Assembly: GCF_009914755.1 (NCBI RefSeq)
Contig: NC_060943.1
DNA length: 64,000 nt
Reading direction: 5' to 3' (one strand)
Origin: the human T2T-CHM13v2.0 reference genome, Homo sapiens
The position numbers and the translations under genes are program-made. The stretch's first letter is position 1; the number at the start of each line of letters is the position of its first letter. Positions 11,360 to 24,500 of the stretch are shown piece after piece. Below the pieces are notes generated by a model. The model was not told the origin of the DNA. It saw nothing but the letters and a program-made list of their open reading frames with translations, and searched no databases.

Positions 11360-14300
11360 AGCAGTTAGGAAACACTCTGTTTGAAAAGTCTGCAAGTGGA
11401 TATTCTGACCTCCTTCAGGGCTTCGTTGGAAATGGGATTTCTTCATATTATGATGGACAGAAGAATTCTCAGTAACTTCCTTGTAGTGTGTGTATTCAAC
11501 TCACAGAGTTAAACGATCCTTTACACAGAGCAGACTTGAAACACTCTTGTTGTGGAATTTCCAAGTGGAGATTTCAGCCGCTTTGAGGTCAATGGTAGAA
11601 TAGGAAATATCTTCCTATAGAAACTAGACAGAATGATTCTCAGAAACTCCTTTGTGATGTGTGCGTTCAACTCACAGAGTTTAACCTTTCTTTTCATAGA
11701 GCAGTTAGGAAACACTGTGTTTTTATAGTCTGCAAGTGGATATTCAGACATCTTTGAGGCCTTCGTTGGAAACGGGATTTCTTCATATTCTGCTATACAG
11801 AAGAATTCTCAGAAACTTCCTTGTGTTGTGTGTTTTCAACTCACAGAGTTGAACGATGCTTTACACAGAGTAGACTTGAAACACTCTTTTTGTGTAATTT
11901 GCAAGTGGAGATTTCAGCCGCTTTGAGGTCAATGGTAGAAAAGGAAATATCTTCGTATAAAAACTAGACAGAATGATTCTCAGAAACTACTTTGTGATGT
12001 GTGCGTTCAACTCACAGAGTTTAACCTTTCTTTTCATAGAGCAGTTAGGAAACACTCTGTTTGTAAAGTCTGCAAGTGGATATTCAGACATCCTTGAGGC
12101 TTTCGTTGGAAAAGGGATTTCTTCATATTCTGCTATACAGAAGAATTCTCAGAAACTTCCTTGTGTTGTGTGTTTTCAACTCACAGAGTTGAACGATACT
12201 TTACACAGTGTAGACTTGAAACACTCTTGTTGTGGAATTTGCAAGTGGAGATTTCAGCCGCTTTGAGGTCAATGGTAGAATAGGAAATATCTTCCTATAG
12301 AAACTAGACAGAATGATTCTCAGAAACTCCTTTGTGATGTGTGCGTTCAACTCACACAGTTTAACCTTTCTTTTCATAGAGCAGTTGGGAAACACTCTGT
12401 TTGTAAAGTCTGCAAGTTGATATTCAGACCTCTTTGAGGCCTTCGTTTGAAACGGGATTTCTTCATATTCTGCTAGAAAGAAGAATTCTCAGTAACTTCC
12501 TTGTGTTGTGTGTATTCAACTCACAGAGTTGAATGATCCTTTACACAGAACAGACTTGAAACACTCTTTTTGTGGAATTTGCAAGTGGAGATTTCAGCTG
12601 CTTTGAGGTCAATGGTAGAAAAGGAAATATCTTCCTATAGAAACTAGACAGAATGATTCTCAGAAACTCCTTTGTGATGTGTGCGTTCAACTCACAGAGT
12701 TTAACCTTTCTTTTCATAGAGCAGTTAGGAAACACTCTGTTTGTAAAGTCTGCAAGTGGATATTCAGACATCTTTGAGGCTTTCGTTGGAAACGGGATTT
12801 CTTCGTATTCTGCTATACAGAAGAATTCTCAGAAACTTCCTTGTGTTGTGTGTTTTCAACTCACAGATTTGAACGATGCTTTACACAGAGTAGACTTGAA
12901 ACACTCTTTTTGTGGAATTTGCAAGTGGAGATTTCAGCCGCTTTGAGGTCAATGGTAGAATAGGAAATATCTTCCTATAGAAACTAGACAGAATGATTCT
13001 CAGAAACTCCTTTGTGATGTGTGCGTTCAACTCACAGAGTTTAACCTTTCTTTTCATAGAGCAGTTAGGAAACACTCTGTTTTTATAGTCTGCAAGTGGA
13101 TATTCAGACCTCTTTGTGGCCTTCGTTGGAAACGGGATTTCTTCATATTCTGCTAGAGAGAAGAATTCGCAGTAACTTCATTGTGTTGTCGGTATTCAAC
13201 TCACAGAGTTGAACGATCCTTTACACAGAGCAGACTTGAAACACTCTTTTTGTGGAATTTGCAAGTGGAGATTTCAGCCGCTTTGAGGTCAATGGTAGAA
13301 TGGGGAATATCTTCCTATAGAAACTAGACAGAATGATTCTCAGAAACTCCTTTGTGATGTGTGCGTTCAACTCACAGAGTTTAACCTTTCTTTTCATAGA
13401 GCAGTTAGGAAACACTCTGTTTGTAAAGACTGCAAGTGGATATTCAGACCTCCTTGAGGCCTTCGTTGGAAACAGGATTTCTTCATATTATGCTAGACAG
13501 AAGAATTCTCAGTAACTTCCTTGTGTTGTGTGTATTCAACTCACAGAGTTGAACGATCCTTTACACAGAGCAGACTTGAAACACTCTTTTTGTGGAATTT
13601 GCAAGTGGAGATTTCAGCCGCTTTGAGGTCAATGGTAGAATAGGAAATATCTTCCTATAGAAACTAGACAGAATGATTCTCAGAAACTCCTTTGTGATGT
13701 GTGCATTCAACTCACAGAGTTTAACCTTTCTTTTCATAGAGCAGTTAGGAAACACTCTGTTTGTAAAGTCTGCAAGTGGATATTCAGACCTCTTTGAGGC
13801 CTTCGTTGGAAACGGGATTTCTTCATATTCTGTTAGAGAGAAGAATTCTCAGTAACTTCCTTGTGTTGTGTGTATTCAACTCACAGAGTTGAACGATCCT
13901 TTACACAGAGCAGACTTGAAACACTCTTGTTGTGGAATTTGCAAGTGGAGATTTCAGCCGCTTTGTGGTCAATAGTAGAATAGGAAATATCTTCCTATAG
14001 AAACTAGACAGAATGATTGTCAGAAACTCCTTTGTGATGTGTGCGTTCAACTCACAGAGTTTATCCTTTCTTTTCATAGAGCAGTTAGGAAACACTCTGT
14101 TTGTAAAGTCTGCAAGTGGATATTCAGACATCTTTGAGGCTTTCATTGGAAACGGGATTTCTTCATATTCTGCTATACAGAAGAATTCTCAGAAACTTCC
14201 TTGTGTTCTGTGTTTTCAACTCACAGAGTTGAACGATGCTTTACACAGAGTAGACTTGAAACACTCTTGTGGAATTTGCAAGTGGAGATTTCAGCCGCTT

Positions 14301-16160
14301 TGAGGTCAATGGTAGAATAGGAAATATCTTCCTATAGAAACTAGACAGAATGATTCTCAGAAACTCTTTTGTGATGTGTGCGTTCAACTCACAGAGTTTA
14401 ACCATTCTTTTCATAGAGGAGTTAGGAAACACTCTGTTTGAAAAGTCTGCAAGTGGATATTCTGACCTCCTTGAGGCCTTCGTTGGAAACGGGATTTCTT
14501 CATATTATGCTGGACAGAAGAATTCTCAGTAACTTCCTTGTAGTGTGTGTATTCAACTCACAGAGTTAAACGATCCTTTACACAGAGCAGACTTGAAACA
14601 CTCTTTTTGTGGAATTTCCAAGTGGAGATTTCAGCCGCTTTGAGGTCAATGGTAGAATAGGAAATATCTTCCTATAGAAACTAGACAGAATGATTCTCAG
14701 AAACTCCTTTGTGATGTGTGCGTTCAACTCACAGAGTTTAACCTTTCTTTTCATAGAGCAGTTAGGAAACACTCTGTTTGTAAAGTCTGCAAGTGGATAT
14801 TCTGACCTCCTTGAGGCCTTCGTTGGAAACGGGATTTCTTCATATTCTGCTATACAGAAGAATTCTCAGAAACTTCCTTGTGTTGTGTGTTTTCAACTCA
14901 CAGAGTTGAACGATGCTTTACACAGAGTAGACTTGAAACACTCTTTTTGTGTAATTTGCAAGTGGAGATTTCAGCCGCTTTGAGGTCAATGGTAGAAAAG
15001 GAAATATCCTCGTATAAAAACTAGACAGAATGATTCTCAGAAACTACTTTGTGATGTGTGCGTTCAACTCACAGAGTTTAACCTTTCTTTTCATAGAGCA
15101 GTTAGGAAACACTCTGTTTGTAAAGTCTGCAAGTGGATATTCAGACATCCTTGAGGCTTTCGTTGGAAACGGGATTTCTTCATATTCTGCTATACAGAAG
15201 AATTCTCAGAAACTTCCTTGTGTTGTGTGTTTTCAACTCACAGAGTTGAACGATGCTTTACACAGTGTAGACTTGAAACACTCTTGTTGTGGAATTTGCA
15301 AGTGGAGATTTCAGCCGCTTTGAGGTCAATGGTAGAATAGGAAATATCTTCCTATAGAAACTAGACAGAATGATTCTCAGAAACTCCTTTGTGATGTGTG
15401 CGTTCAACTCACAGAGTTTAACCTTTCTTTTCATAGAGCAGTTAGGAAACACTCTGTTTGTAAAGTCTGCAAGTGGATATTCAGACCTCTTTGAGGCCTT
15501 CGTTTGAAACGGGATTTCTTCATATTCTGCTAGAAAGAAGAATTCTCAGTAACTTCCTTGTGTTGTGTGTATTCAACTCACAGAGTTGAATGATCCTTTA
15601 CACAGAACAGACTTGAAACACTCTTTTTGTGGAATTTGCAAGTGGAGATTTCAGCTGCTTTGAGGTCAATGGTAGAAAAGGAAATATCTTCCTATAGAAA
15701 CTAGACAGAATGATTCTCAGAAACTCCTTTGTGATGTGTGCGTTCAACTCACAGAGTTTAACCTTTCTTTTCATAGAGCAGTTAGGAAACACTCTGTTTG
15801 TAAAGTCTGCAAGTGGATATTCAGACATCTTTGAGGCTTTCGTTGGAAACGGGATTTCTTCGTATTCTGCTATACAGAAGAATTCTCAGAAACTTCCTTG
15901 TGTTGTGTGTTTTCAACTCACAGATTTGAACGATGCTTTACAAAGAGTAGACTTGAAACACTCTTTTTGTGGAATTTGCAAGTGGAGATTTCAGCCGCTT
16001 TGAGGTCAATGGTAGAATAGGAAATATCTTCCTATAGAAACTAGACAGAATGATTCTCAGAAACTCCTTTGTGATGTGTGCGTTCAACTCACAGAGTTTA
16101 ACCTTTCTTTTCATAGAGCAGTTAGGAAACACTCTGTTTTTATAGTCTGCAAGTGGATAT
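11360..16160 (+). repeat. Partial 3057-bp (18-mer minus 3 bp) periodicity: ~11360-13100 repeated at ~14420-16160
   Basis: Marker pairs at offset 3057: ttgaaaagtc and tctgacctcc; aatttccaag; gaaactac (dimers 11973/15030); cagtgtagac; cttcgtttgaa (12441/15498); cagctgc; cagatttgaa; ttttatagtc. Confidence 0.8.
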
Positions 16161-19100
16161 TCAGACATCTTTGAGGCCTTCGTTGGAAACGGGATTACTT
16201 CATATTCTGCTATACAGAAGAATTCTCAGAAACTTCCTTGTGTTGTGTGTTTTCAACTCACAGAGTTCAACGATGCTTTACACAGAGTAGACTTGAAACA
16301 CTCTTTTTGTGTAATTTGCAAGTGGAGATTTCAGCCGCTTTGAGGTCAATGGTAGAAAAGGAAATATCTTCGTATAAAAACTAGACAGAATGATTCTCAG
16401 AAACTCCTTTGTGATGTGTGCGTTCAACTCACAGAGTTTAACCTTTCTTTTCATAGAGCAGTTAGGAAACACTCTGTTTGTAAAGTCTGCAAGTGGATAT
16501 TCAGACATCCTTGAGGCTTTCGTTGGAAACGGGATTTCTTCATATTCTGCTAGAAAGAAGAATTCTCAGTAACTTCCTTGTGTTGTGTGTATTCAACTCA
16601 CAGAGTTGAATGATCCTTTACACAGAACAGACTTGAAACACTCTTTTTGTGGAATTTGCAAGTGGAGATTTCAGCCGCTTTGTGGTCAATGGTAGAATAG
16701 GAAATATCTTCCTATAGAAACTAGACAGAATGATTCTCAGAAACTCCTTTGTGATGTCTGCGTTCAACTCACAGAGTTAAGCTTTCTTTTCATAGAGCAG
16801 TTAGGAAACACTCTGTTTGTAAAGTCTGCAAGTGGATATTCAGACCTCCTTGAGGCCTTCGTTGGAAAAGGGATTTCTTCATATTATGCTAGACAGAAGA
16901 ATTCTCAGTAACTTCCTTGTGTTGTGTGTATTCAAATCACAGAGTTGAACGATCCTTTACACAGAGCAGACTTGAAACACTTTTTGTGGAATTTGCAAGC
17001 GGAGATTTCAGCCGCTTTGAGGTCAATGGTAGAATAGGAAATATCTTCCTATAGAAACTAGACAGAATGATTCTCAGAAACTCCTTTGTGATGTGTGCGT
17101 TCAACTCACAGAGTTTAACCTTTCTTTTCATAGAGCAGTTGGGAAACACTCTGTTTGTAAAGTCTGCAAGTGGATATTCAGACCTCTTTGAGGCCTTCGT
17201 TGGAAACGGGATTTCTTCATATTCTGCTAGACAGAAGAATTCTCAGTAACTTCCTTGTGTTGTGTGTATTCAACTCACAGAGTTGAATGATCCTTTACAC
17301 AGAACAGACTTGAAACACTCTTTTTGTGGAATTTGCAAGTGGAGATTTCAGCCGCTTTGAGGTCAATGGTAGAATAGGAAATATCTTCCTATAGAAACTA
17401 GACAGAATGATTCTCAGAAACTCCTTTGTGATGTGTGCGTTCAACTCACAGAGTTTAACCTTTCTTTTCATAGAGCAGTTAGGAAACACTCTGTTTGTAA
17501 AGTCTGCAAGTGGATATTCAGACCTCCTTGAGGCCTTCGTTGGAAATGGGATTTCTTCATATTATGCTAGACAGAAGAATTCTCAGTAACTTCCTTGTGT
17601 TGTGTGTATTCAACTCACAGAGTTGAACGATCCTTTACACAGAGCATACTTGAAACACTCTTGTTGTGGAATTTGCAAGGGGAGATTTCAGCCGCTTTGA
17701 GGTCAATGGTAGAATAGGAAACATCTTCCTATAGAAACTAGACAGAATGATTCTCAGAAACTCCCTTGTGATGTGTGCGTTCAACTCACAGAGTTTAACC
17801 TTTCTTTTCATAGAGCAGTTAGGAAACACTCTGTTTGTAAAGTCTGCAAGTGGATATTCAGACCTCTTTGAGGCCTTCGTTGGAAACGGGATTTCTTCAT
17901 ATTATGCTAGACAGAAGAATTCTCAGTAACTTCCTTGTGTTGTGTGTTTTCAACTCACAGAGTTCAACGATCCTTTACACAGAGTAGACTTGAAACACTC
18001 TTTTTGTGGAATTGGCAAGTGGAGATTTCAGCCGCTTTGAGGTCAATGGTAGAAAAGGAAATATCTTCGTATAAAAAATAGACAGAGTGATTCTCAGAAA
18101 CTCCTTTGTGATGTCTGCGTTCAACTCACAGAGTTTAACCTTTCTTTTCATAGAGCAGTTAGGAAACACTCTGTTTGTAAAGTCTGCAAGTGGATATTCA
18201 GACCTCTTTGAGGCCTTCGTTGAAAACGGGATTTCTTCATATTCTGCTAGACAGAAGAATTCTCAGTAACTTCCTTGTGTTGTGTGTATTCAACTCACAG
18301 AGTTGAATGATCCTTTACACAGAGCAGACTTGAAACACTCTTTTTGTGGAATTTGCAAGTGGAGATTTCAGCCGCTTTGAGTTCAATGGTAGAATAGGAA
18401 ATATCTTCCTATAGAAACTAGACAGAATGATTCTCAGAAACTCCTTTGTGATGTGTGCGTTCAACTCACAGAGTTCAACCTTTCTTTTCATAGAGCAGTT
18501 GGGAAACACTCTGTTTGTAATGTCTGCAAGTGGATATTCAGACTTCTTTGAGGCTTTCGTTGGAAGCGGGATTTCTTCATATTCTGCTAGACAGAAGAAT
18601 TCTCAGTAACTTCCTTGTGTTGTGTGTATTCAACTCACAGAGTTGAACGATCCTTTACACAGAGCAGACTTGAAACACTCTTTTTGTGGAATTTGCAAGT
18701 GGAGATTTCAGCCGCTTTGAGGTCAATGGTAGAATAGGAAATATCTTCCTATAGAAACTAGACAGAATGATTCTCAGAAACTCCTTTGTGATGTGTGCGT
18801 TCAACTCACAGAGTTTAACCTTTCTTTTCATAGAGCAGTTAGGAAACACTCTGTTTGTAAAGTCTGCAAGTGGATATTCAGACATCCTTGAGGCTTTCGT
18901 TTGAAACGGGATTTCTTCATATTCTGCTAGAAAGAAGAATTCTCAGTAACTTCCTTGTGTTGTGTGTATTCAACTCACAGAGTTGAATGATCCTTTACAC
19001 AGAACAGTCTTGAAACACTCTTTTTGTGGAATTTGCAAGTGGAGATTTCAGCCGCTTTGAGGTCAATGGTAGAATAGGAAATATCTTCCTATAGAAACTA

Positions 19101-21230
19101 GACAGAATGATTCTCAGAAACTCCTTTGTGATGTGTGCGTTCAACTCACAGAGTTTAACCTTTCTTTTCATAGAGCAGTTAGGAAACACTCTGTTTGTAA
19201 AGTCTGCAAGTGGATATTCAGACATCTTTGAGGCTTTCGTTGGAAACGGGATTTCTTCATATTCTGCTAGACAGAAGAATTCTCAGAAACTTCGTTGTGT
19301 TGTGTGTTTTCAACTCACAGAGTTCAACGATCCTTTACACAGAGTAGACGTGAAACACTCTTTTTGTGGAATTGGCAGGGAGGAGATTTCAGCCGCTTTG
19401 AGGTCAATGGTAGAAAAGGAAATATCTTCGTATAAAAACTAGACAGAGTGATTCTCAGAAACTCCTTTGTGATGTCTGCGTTCAACTCACAGAGTTTAAC
19501 CTTTCTTTTCATAGAGCAGTTAGGAAACACTCTGTTTGTAAAGTCTGCAAGTGGATATTCAGACCTCCTTGAGGCCTTCGTTGGAAACGGGATTTCTTCA
19601 TATTCTGCTATACAGAAGAATTCTCAGAAACTTCCTTGTGTTGTGTGTATTCAACTCACAGAGTTGAACGATCGTTTACACAGAGCAGACTTGAGACACT
19701 CTTTTTGTGGAATTTGCAAGTGGAGATTTCAGCCGCTTTGAGGTCAATGGTAGAAAAGGAAATATCTTCATATAAAAACTAGACAGAATGATTCTCAGAA
19801 ACTCCTTTGTGATGTGTGCGTTCAACTCACAAAGTTTAACCTTTCTTTTCATAGAGCAGTTAGGAAACACTCTGTTTGTAAAGTCTGCAAGTGGATATTC
19901 AGACCTCTTTGAGGCCTTCGTTGGAAACGGGATTTCTTCATATTATGCTAGACAGAAGAATTCTCAGTAACTTCCTTGTGTTGTGTGTATTCAACTCACA
20001 GAGTTGAACGAACCTTTACACAGAGCAGACTTGAAACACTCTTTTTGTGGAATTTGCAAGTGTAGATTTCATCCGCTTTGAGGTCAATGGTAGAAAAGGA
20101 AATATCTTCGTATAAAAACTAGACAGAATGATTCTGAGAAACTCCTTTGTGATGTGTGCGTTCAACTCACAGAGTTTAACCTTTCTTTTCATAGAGCAGT
20201 TAGGAAACACTCTGTTTGTAAAGTCTGCAAGTGGATATTCAGACCTCCTTGAGGCCTTCGTTGGAAACGGGATTTCTTCATATTATGCTAGACAGAAGAA
20301 TTCTCAGTAACTTCCTTGTGTTGTGTGTATTCAACTGACAGAGTTGAACGATCCTTTACACAGAGCAGACTTGAAACACTCTTTTCGTGGAATTTGCAAG
20401 TGGAGATTTCAGCCGCTTTGAGTTCAATGGTAGAATAGGAAATATCTTCCTATAGAAACTAGACAGAATGATTCTCAGAAACTCCTTTGTGATGTGTGCG
20501 TTCAACTTACAGAGTTCAACCTTTCTTTTCATAGAGCAGTTGGGAAACACTCTGTTTGTAAAGTCTGCAAGTGGATATTCGGACTTATTTGAGGCCTTCG
20601 TTGGAAGCGGGATTTCTTCATATTCTGCTAGACAGAAGAATTCTCAGTAACTTCCTTGTGTTGTGTGTATTCAACTCACAGAGTTGAACGATCCTTTACA
20701 CATAGCAGACTTGAAACACTATTTTGTGGAATTTGCAAGTGGAGATTTCAGCCGCTTTGAGGTCAATGGTAGAATAGGAAATATATTCCTATAGAAACTA
20801 GACAGAATGATTCTCAGAAACTCCTTTGTGATGTGTGCGTTCAACTCACAGAGTTTAACCTTTCTTTTCATAGAGCAGTTAGGAAACACTCTGTTTGTAA
20901 AGTCTGCAAGTGGATATTCAGACATCCTTGAGGCTTTCGTTGGAAACGGGATTTCTTCATATTCTGCTAGAAAGAAGAATTCTCTGTAACTTCCTTGTGT
21001 TGTGTGTATTCAACTCACAGAGTTGAATGATCCTTTACACAGAACAGTCTTGAAACACTCTTTTTGTGGAATTTGCAAGTGGAGATTTCAGCCGCTTTGA
21101 GGTCAATGGCAGAATAGGAAATATCTTCCTATAGAAACTAGACAGAATGATTCTCAGAAACTCCTTTGTGATGTGTGCGTTCAACTCACAGAGTTTAACC
21201 TTTCTTTTCATAGAGCAGTTAGGAAACACT
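13960..21230 (+). repeat. ~7.3-kb segmental duplicate, copy A (copy B at ~40812-48082, offset 26852)
   Basis: Same ordered series of indels (-3, -1, -2, +1, -1) and rare variants. Dimer pairs: 14013/40865, 17067/43919, 18087/44939, 19448/46300, 20807/47659. Confidence 0.9.
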
Positions 21231-21549
21231 CTGTTTGTAAAGTCTACAAGTGGATATTCAGACATCTTTGAGGCTTTCGTTGGAAACGGGATTTCTTCAT
21301 ATTCTGCTAGACAGAAGAATTCTCAGAAACTTCGTTGTGTTGTGTGTTTTCAACTCACAGAGTTCAACGATCCTTTACACAGAGTAGACTTGAAACACTC
21401 TTTTTGTGGAATTGGCAGGGTGGAGATTTCAGCCGCTTTGAGGTCAATGGTAGAAAAGGAAATATCTTCGTATAAAAACTAGACAGAGTGATTCTCAGAA
21501 ACTCCTCTGTGATGTCTGCGTTCAACTCACAGAGTTTAACCTTTCTTTT

Positions 21550-24500
21550 CATAGAGCAGTTAGGAAACACTCTGTTTGTAAAGTCTGCAAGTGGATATTC
21601 AGACCTCTTTGAGGCCTTCGTTGGAAACGGGATTTCTTCATATTATGCTAGACAGAAGAATTCTCAGAAACTTCGTTGTGTTGTGTGTTTTCAACTCACA
21701 CAGTTCAACGATCCTTTACACAGAGTAGACTTGAAACACTTTTTTTGTGGAATTGGCAGTGTGGAGATTTCAGCCGCTTTGAGGTCAAAGGTAGAAAAGT
21801 AAATATCTTCGTATAAAAACTAGACAGAGTGATTCTCAGAAACTCCTTTGTGATGTCTGCGTTCAACTCACAGAGTTTAACCTTTCTTTTCATAGAGCAG
21901 TTAGGAAACACTCTGTTTGTAAAGTCTGCAAGTGGATATTCAGACCTCCTTGAGGCCTTCGTTGGAAACGGGATTTCTTCATATTCTGCTATACAGAAGA
22001 ATTCTCAGAAACTTCCTTGTGTTGTGTGTATTCAACTCACAGAGTTGAACGATCGTTTACACAGAGCAGACTTGAGACACTCTTTTTGTGGAATTTGTAA
22101 GTGGAGATTTCAGCCGCTTTGAGGTCAATGGTAGAAAAGGAAATATCTTCATATAAAAACTAGACAGAATGATACTCAGAAACTCCTTTGTGATGTGGGC
22201 GTTCAACTCACAGAGTTTAACCTTTCTTTTCATAGAGCAGTTAGGAAACACTCTGTTTGTAAAGTCTGCAAGTGGATATTCAGACCTCTTTGAGGCCTTC
22301 GTTGGAAACGGGATTTCTTCATATTATGCTAGACAGAAGAATTCTCAGTAACTTCCTTGTGTTGTGTGTATTCAACTCACAGAGTTGAACGATCCTTTAC
22401 ACAGAGCAGACTTGAAACACTCTTTTTGTGGAATTTGCAAGTGGAGATTTCAGCCGCTTTGAGGTCAATGGTAGAATAGGAAATATCTTCCTATAGAAAC
22501 TAGACAGAATGATTCTGAGAAACTCCTTTGTGATGTGTGCGTTCAACTCACAGAGTTTAACCTTTCTTTTCATAGAGCAGTTAGGAAACACTCTGTTTGT
22601 AAAGTCTGCAAGTGGATATTCAGACCTCCTTGAGGCCTTCGTTGGAAACGGGATTTCTTCATATTATGCTAGACAGAAGAATTCTCAGTAACTTCCTTGT
22701 GTTGTGTGTATTCAACTCACAGAGTTGAATGATCCTTTACACAGAACAGACTTGAAACACTCTTGTTGTGGAATTTGCAAGTGGAGAATTCAGCCGCTTT
22801 GAGGTCAACGGTAGAATAGGAAATATCTTCCTATAGAAACTAGACAGAATGATTGTCAGAAACTCCTTTGTGATGTGTGCGTTCAACTCACAGAGTTTAA
22901 CCTTTCTTTTCATAGAGCAGTTAGGAAACACTCTGTTTGTAAAGTCTGCAAGTGGATATTCAGACATCCTTGAGGCTTTCGTTGGAAACGGGATTTCTTC
23001 ATATTCTGCTAGAAAGAAGAATTCTCAGTAACTTCCTTGTGTTGTGTGTATTCAACTCACAGAGTTGAACGATCCTTTACACAGAACAGTCTTGAAACAC
23101 TCTTTTTGTGGAATTTGCAATTGGAGATTTCAGCCGCTTTGAGGTCAATGGTAGAATAGGAAATATCTTCCTATAGAAACTAGACAGAATGATTCTCAGA
23201 AACACCTTTGTGATGTGTGCGTTCAACTCACAGAGTTTAACGTTTCTTTTCATAGAGCAGTTAGGAAACACTCTGTTTGTAAAGTCTGCAAGTGGATATT
23301 CAGACATCTTTGAGGCCTTCGTTGGAAACGGGATTTCTTCATGTTCTGCTAGACAGAAGAATTCTCAGAAACTTCCTTGTGTTGTGTGTTTTCAACTCAC
23401 AGAGTTGAACGATGCTTTACACAGAGTAGACTTGAAACACTCTTTTTGTGTAATTTGCAAGTGGAGATTTCAGCCGCTTTGAAGTCAATGGTAGAAAAGG
23501 AAATATCTTCGTATAAAAACTAGACAGAATGATTCTCAGAAACTCCTTTGTGATGTGTGCGTTCAACTCACAGAGTTTAACCTTTCTTTTCATAGAGCAG
23601 TTAGGAAACACTCTGTTTGTTAAGTCTGCAAGTGGATATTCAGTCCTCTTTGAGGCCATCGTTGGAAACGGGATTTCTTCATATTATGCTAGACAGAAGA
23701 ATTCTCAGTAACTTCATTGTGTTGTGTGTATTCAACTCACAGATTTCAACGATCCTTTACACAGAGCAGACTTGAAACACTCTTTTTCTGGAATTTGCAA
23801 GTGGAGATTTTAGCCGCTTTGAGGTCAATGGTAGAATAGGAAATATCTTCCTATAGAAACTAGACAGAATGATTCTCAGAAACTCCTTTGTGATGTGTGC
23901 GTTCAACTCACAGAGTTTAACCTTTCTTTTCATAGAGCAGTTAGGAAACACTCTGTTTGTAAAGTCTGCAAGTGGATATTCAGACATCCTTGAGGCTTTC
24001 GTTGGAAACGGGATTTCTTCATATTCTGCTAGAAAGAAGAATTCTCAGTAACTTCCTTGTGTTGTGTGTATTCATCTCACAGAGTTGAATGATCCTTTAC
24101 ACAGAACAGTCTTGAAACACTCTTTTTGTGGAATTTGCAAGTGGAGATTTCAGCCGCTTTGAGGTCAATGGTAGAATAGGAAATATCTTCCTATAGAAAA
24201 TAGACAGAATGATTCTCAGAAACTCCTTTGTGATGTGTGCGTTCAACTCACAGAGTTTAACCTTTCTTTTCATAGAGCAGTTAGGAAACACTCTGTTTGT
24301 AAAGTCTGCAAGTGGATATTCAGACCTCTTTGAGGCCTTCGTTGGAAACGGGATTTCTTCATATTATGCTAGACAGAAGAATTCTCAGAAACTTCGTTGT
24401 GTTGTGTGTTTTCAACTCACAGAGTTCAACGATCCTTTACACAGAGTAGACTTGAAACACTTTTTTTGTGGAATTGGCAGTGTGGAGATTTCAGCCGCTT

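Noticed and set aside
19290-19306. cttcgttgtgttgtgtg resembling an ectopic CENP-B box
   Set aside because: Only the 5' TTCG half matches; the central A and the CGGG core are missing.
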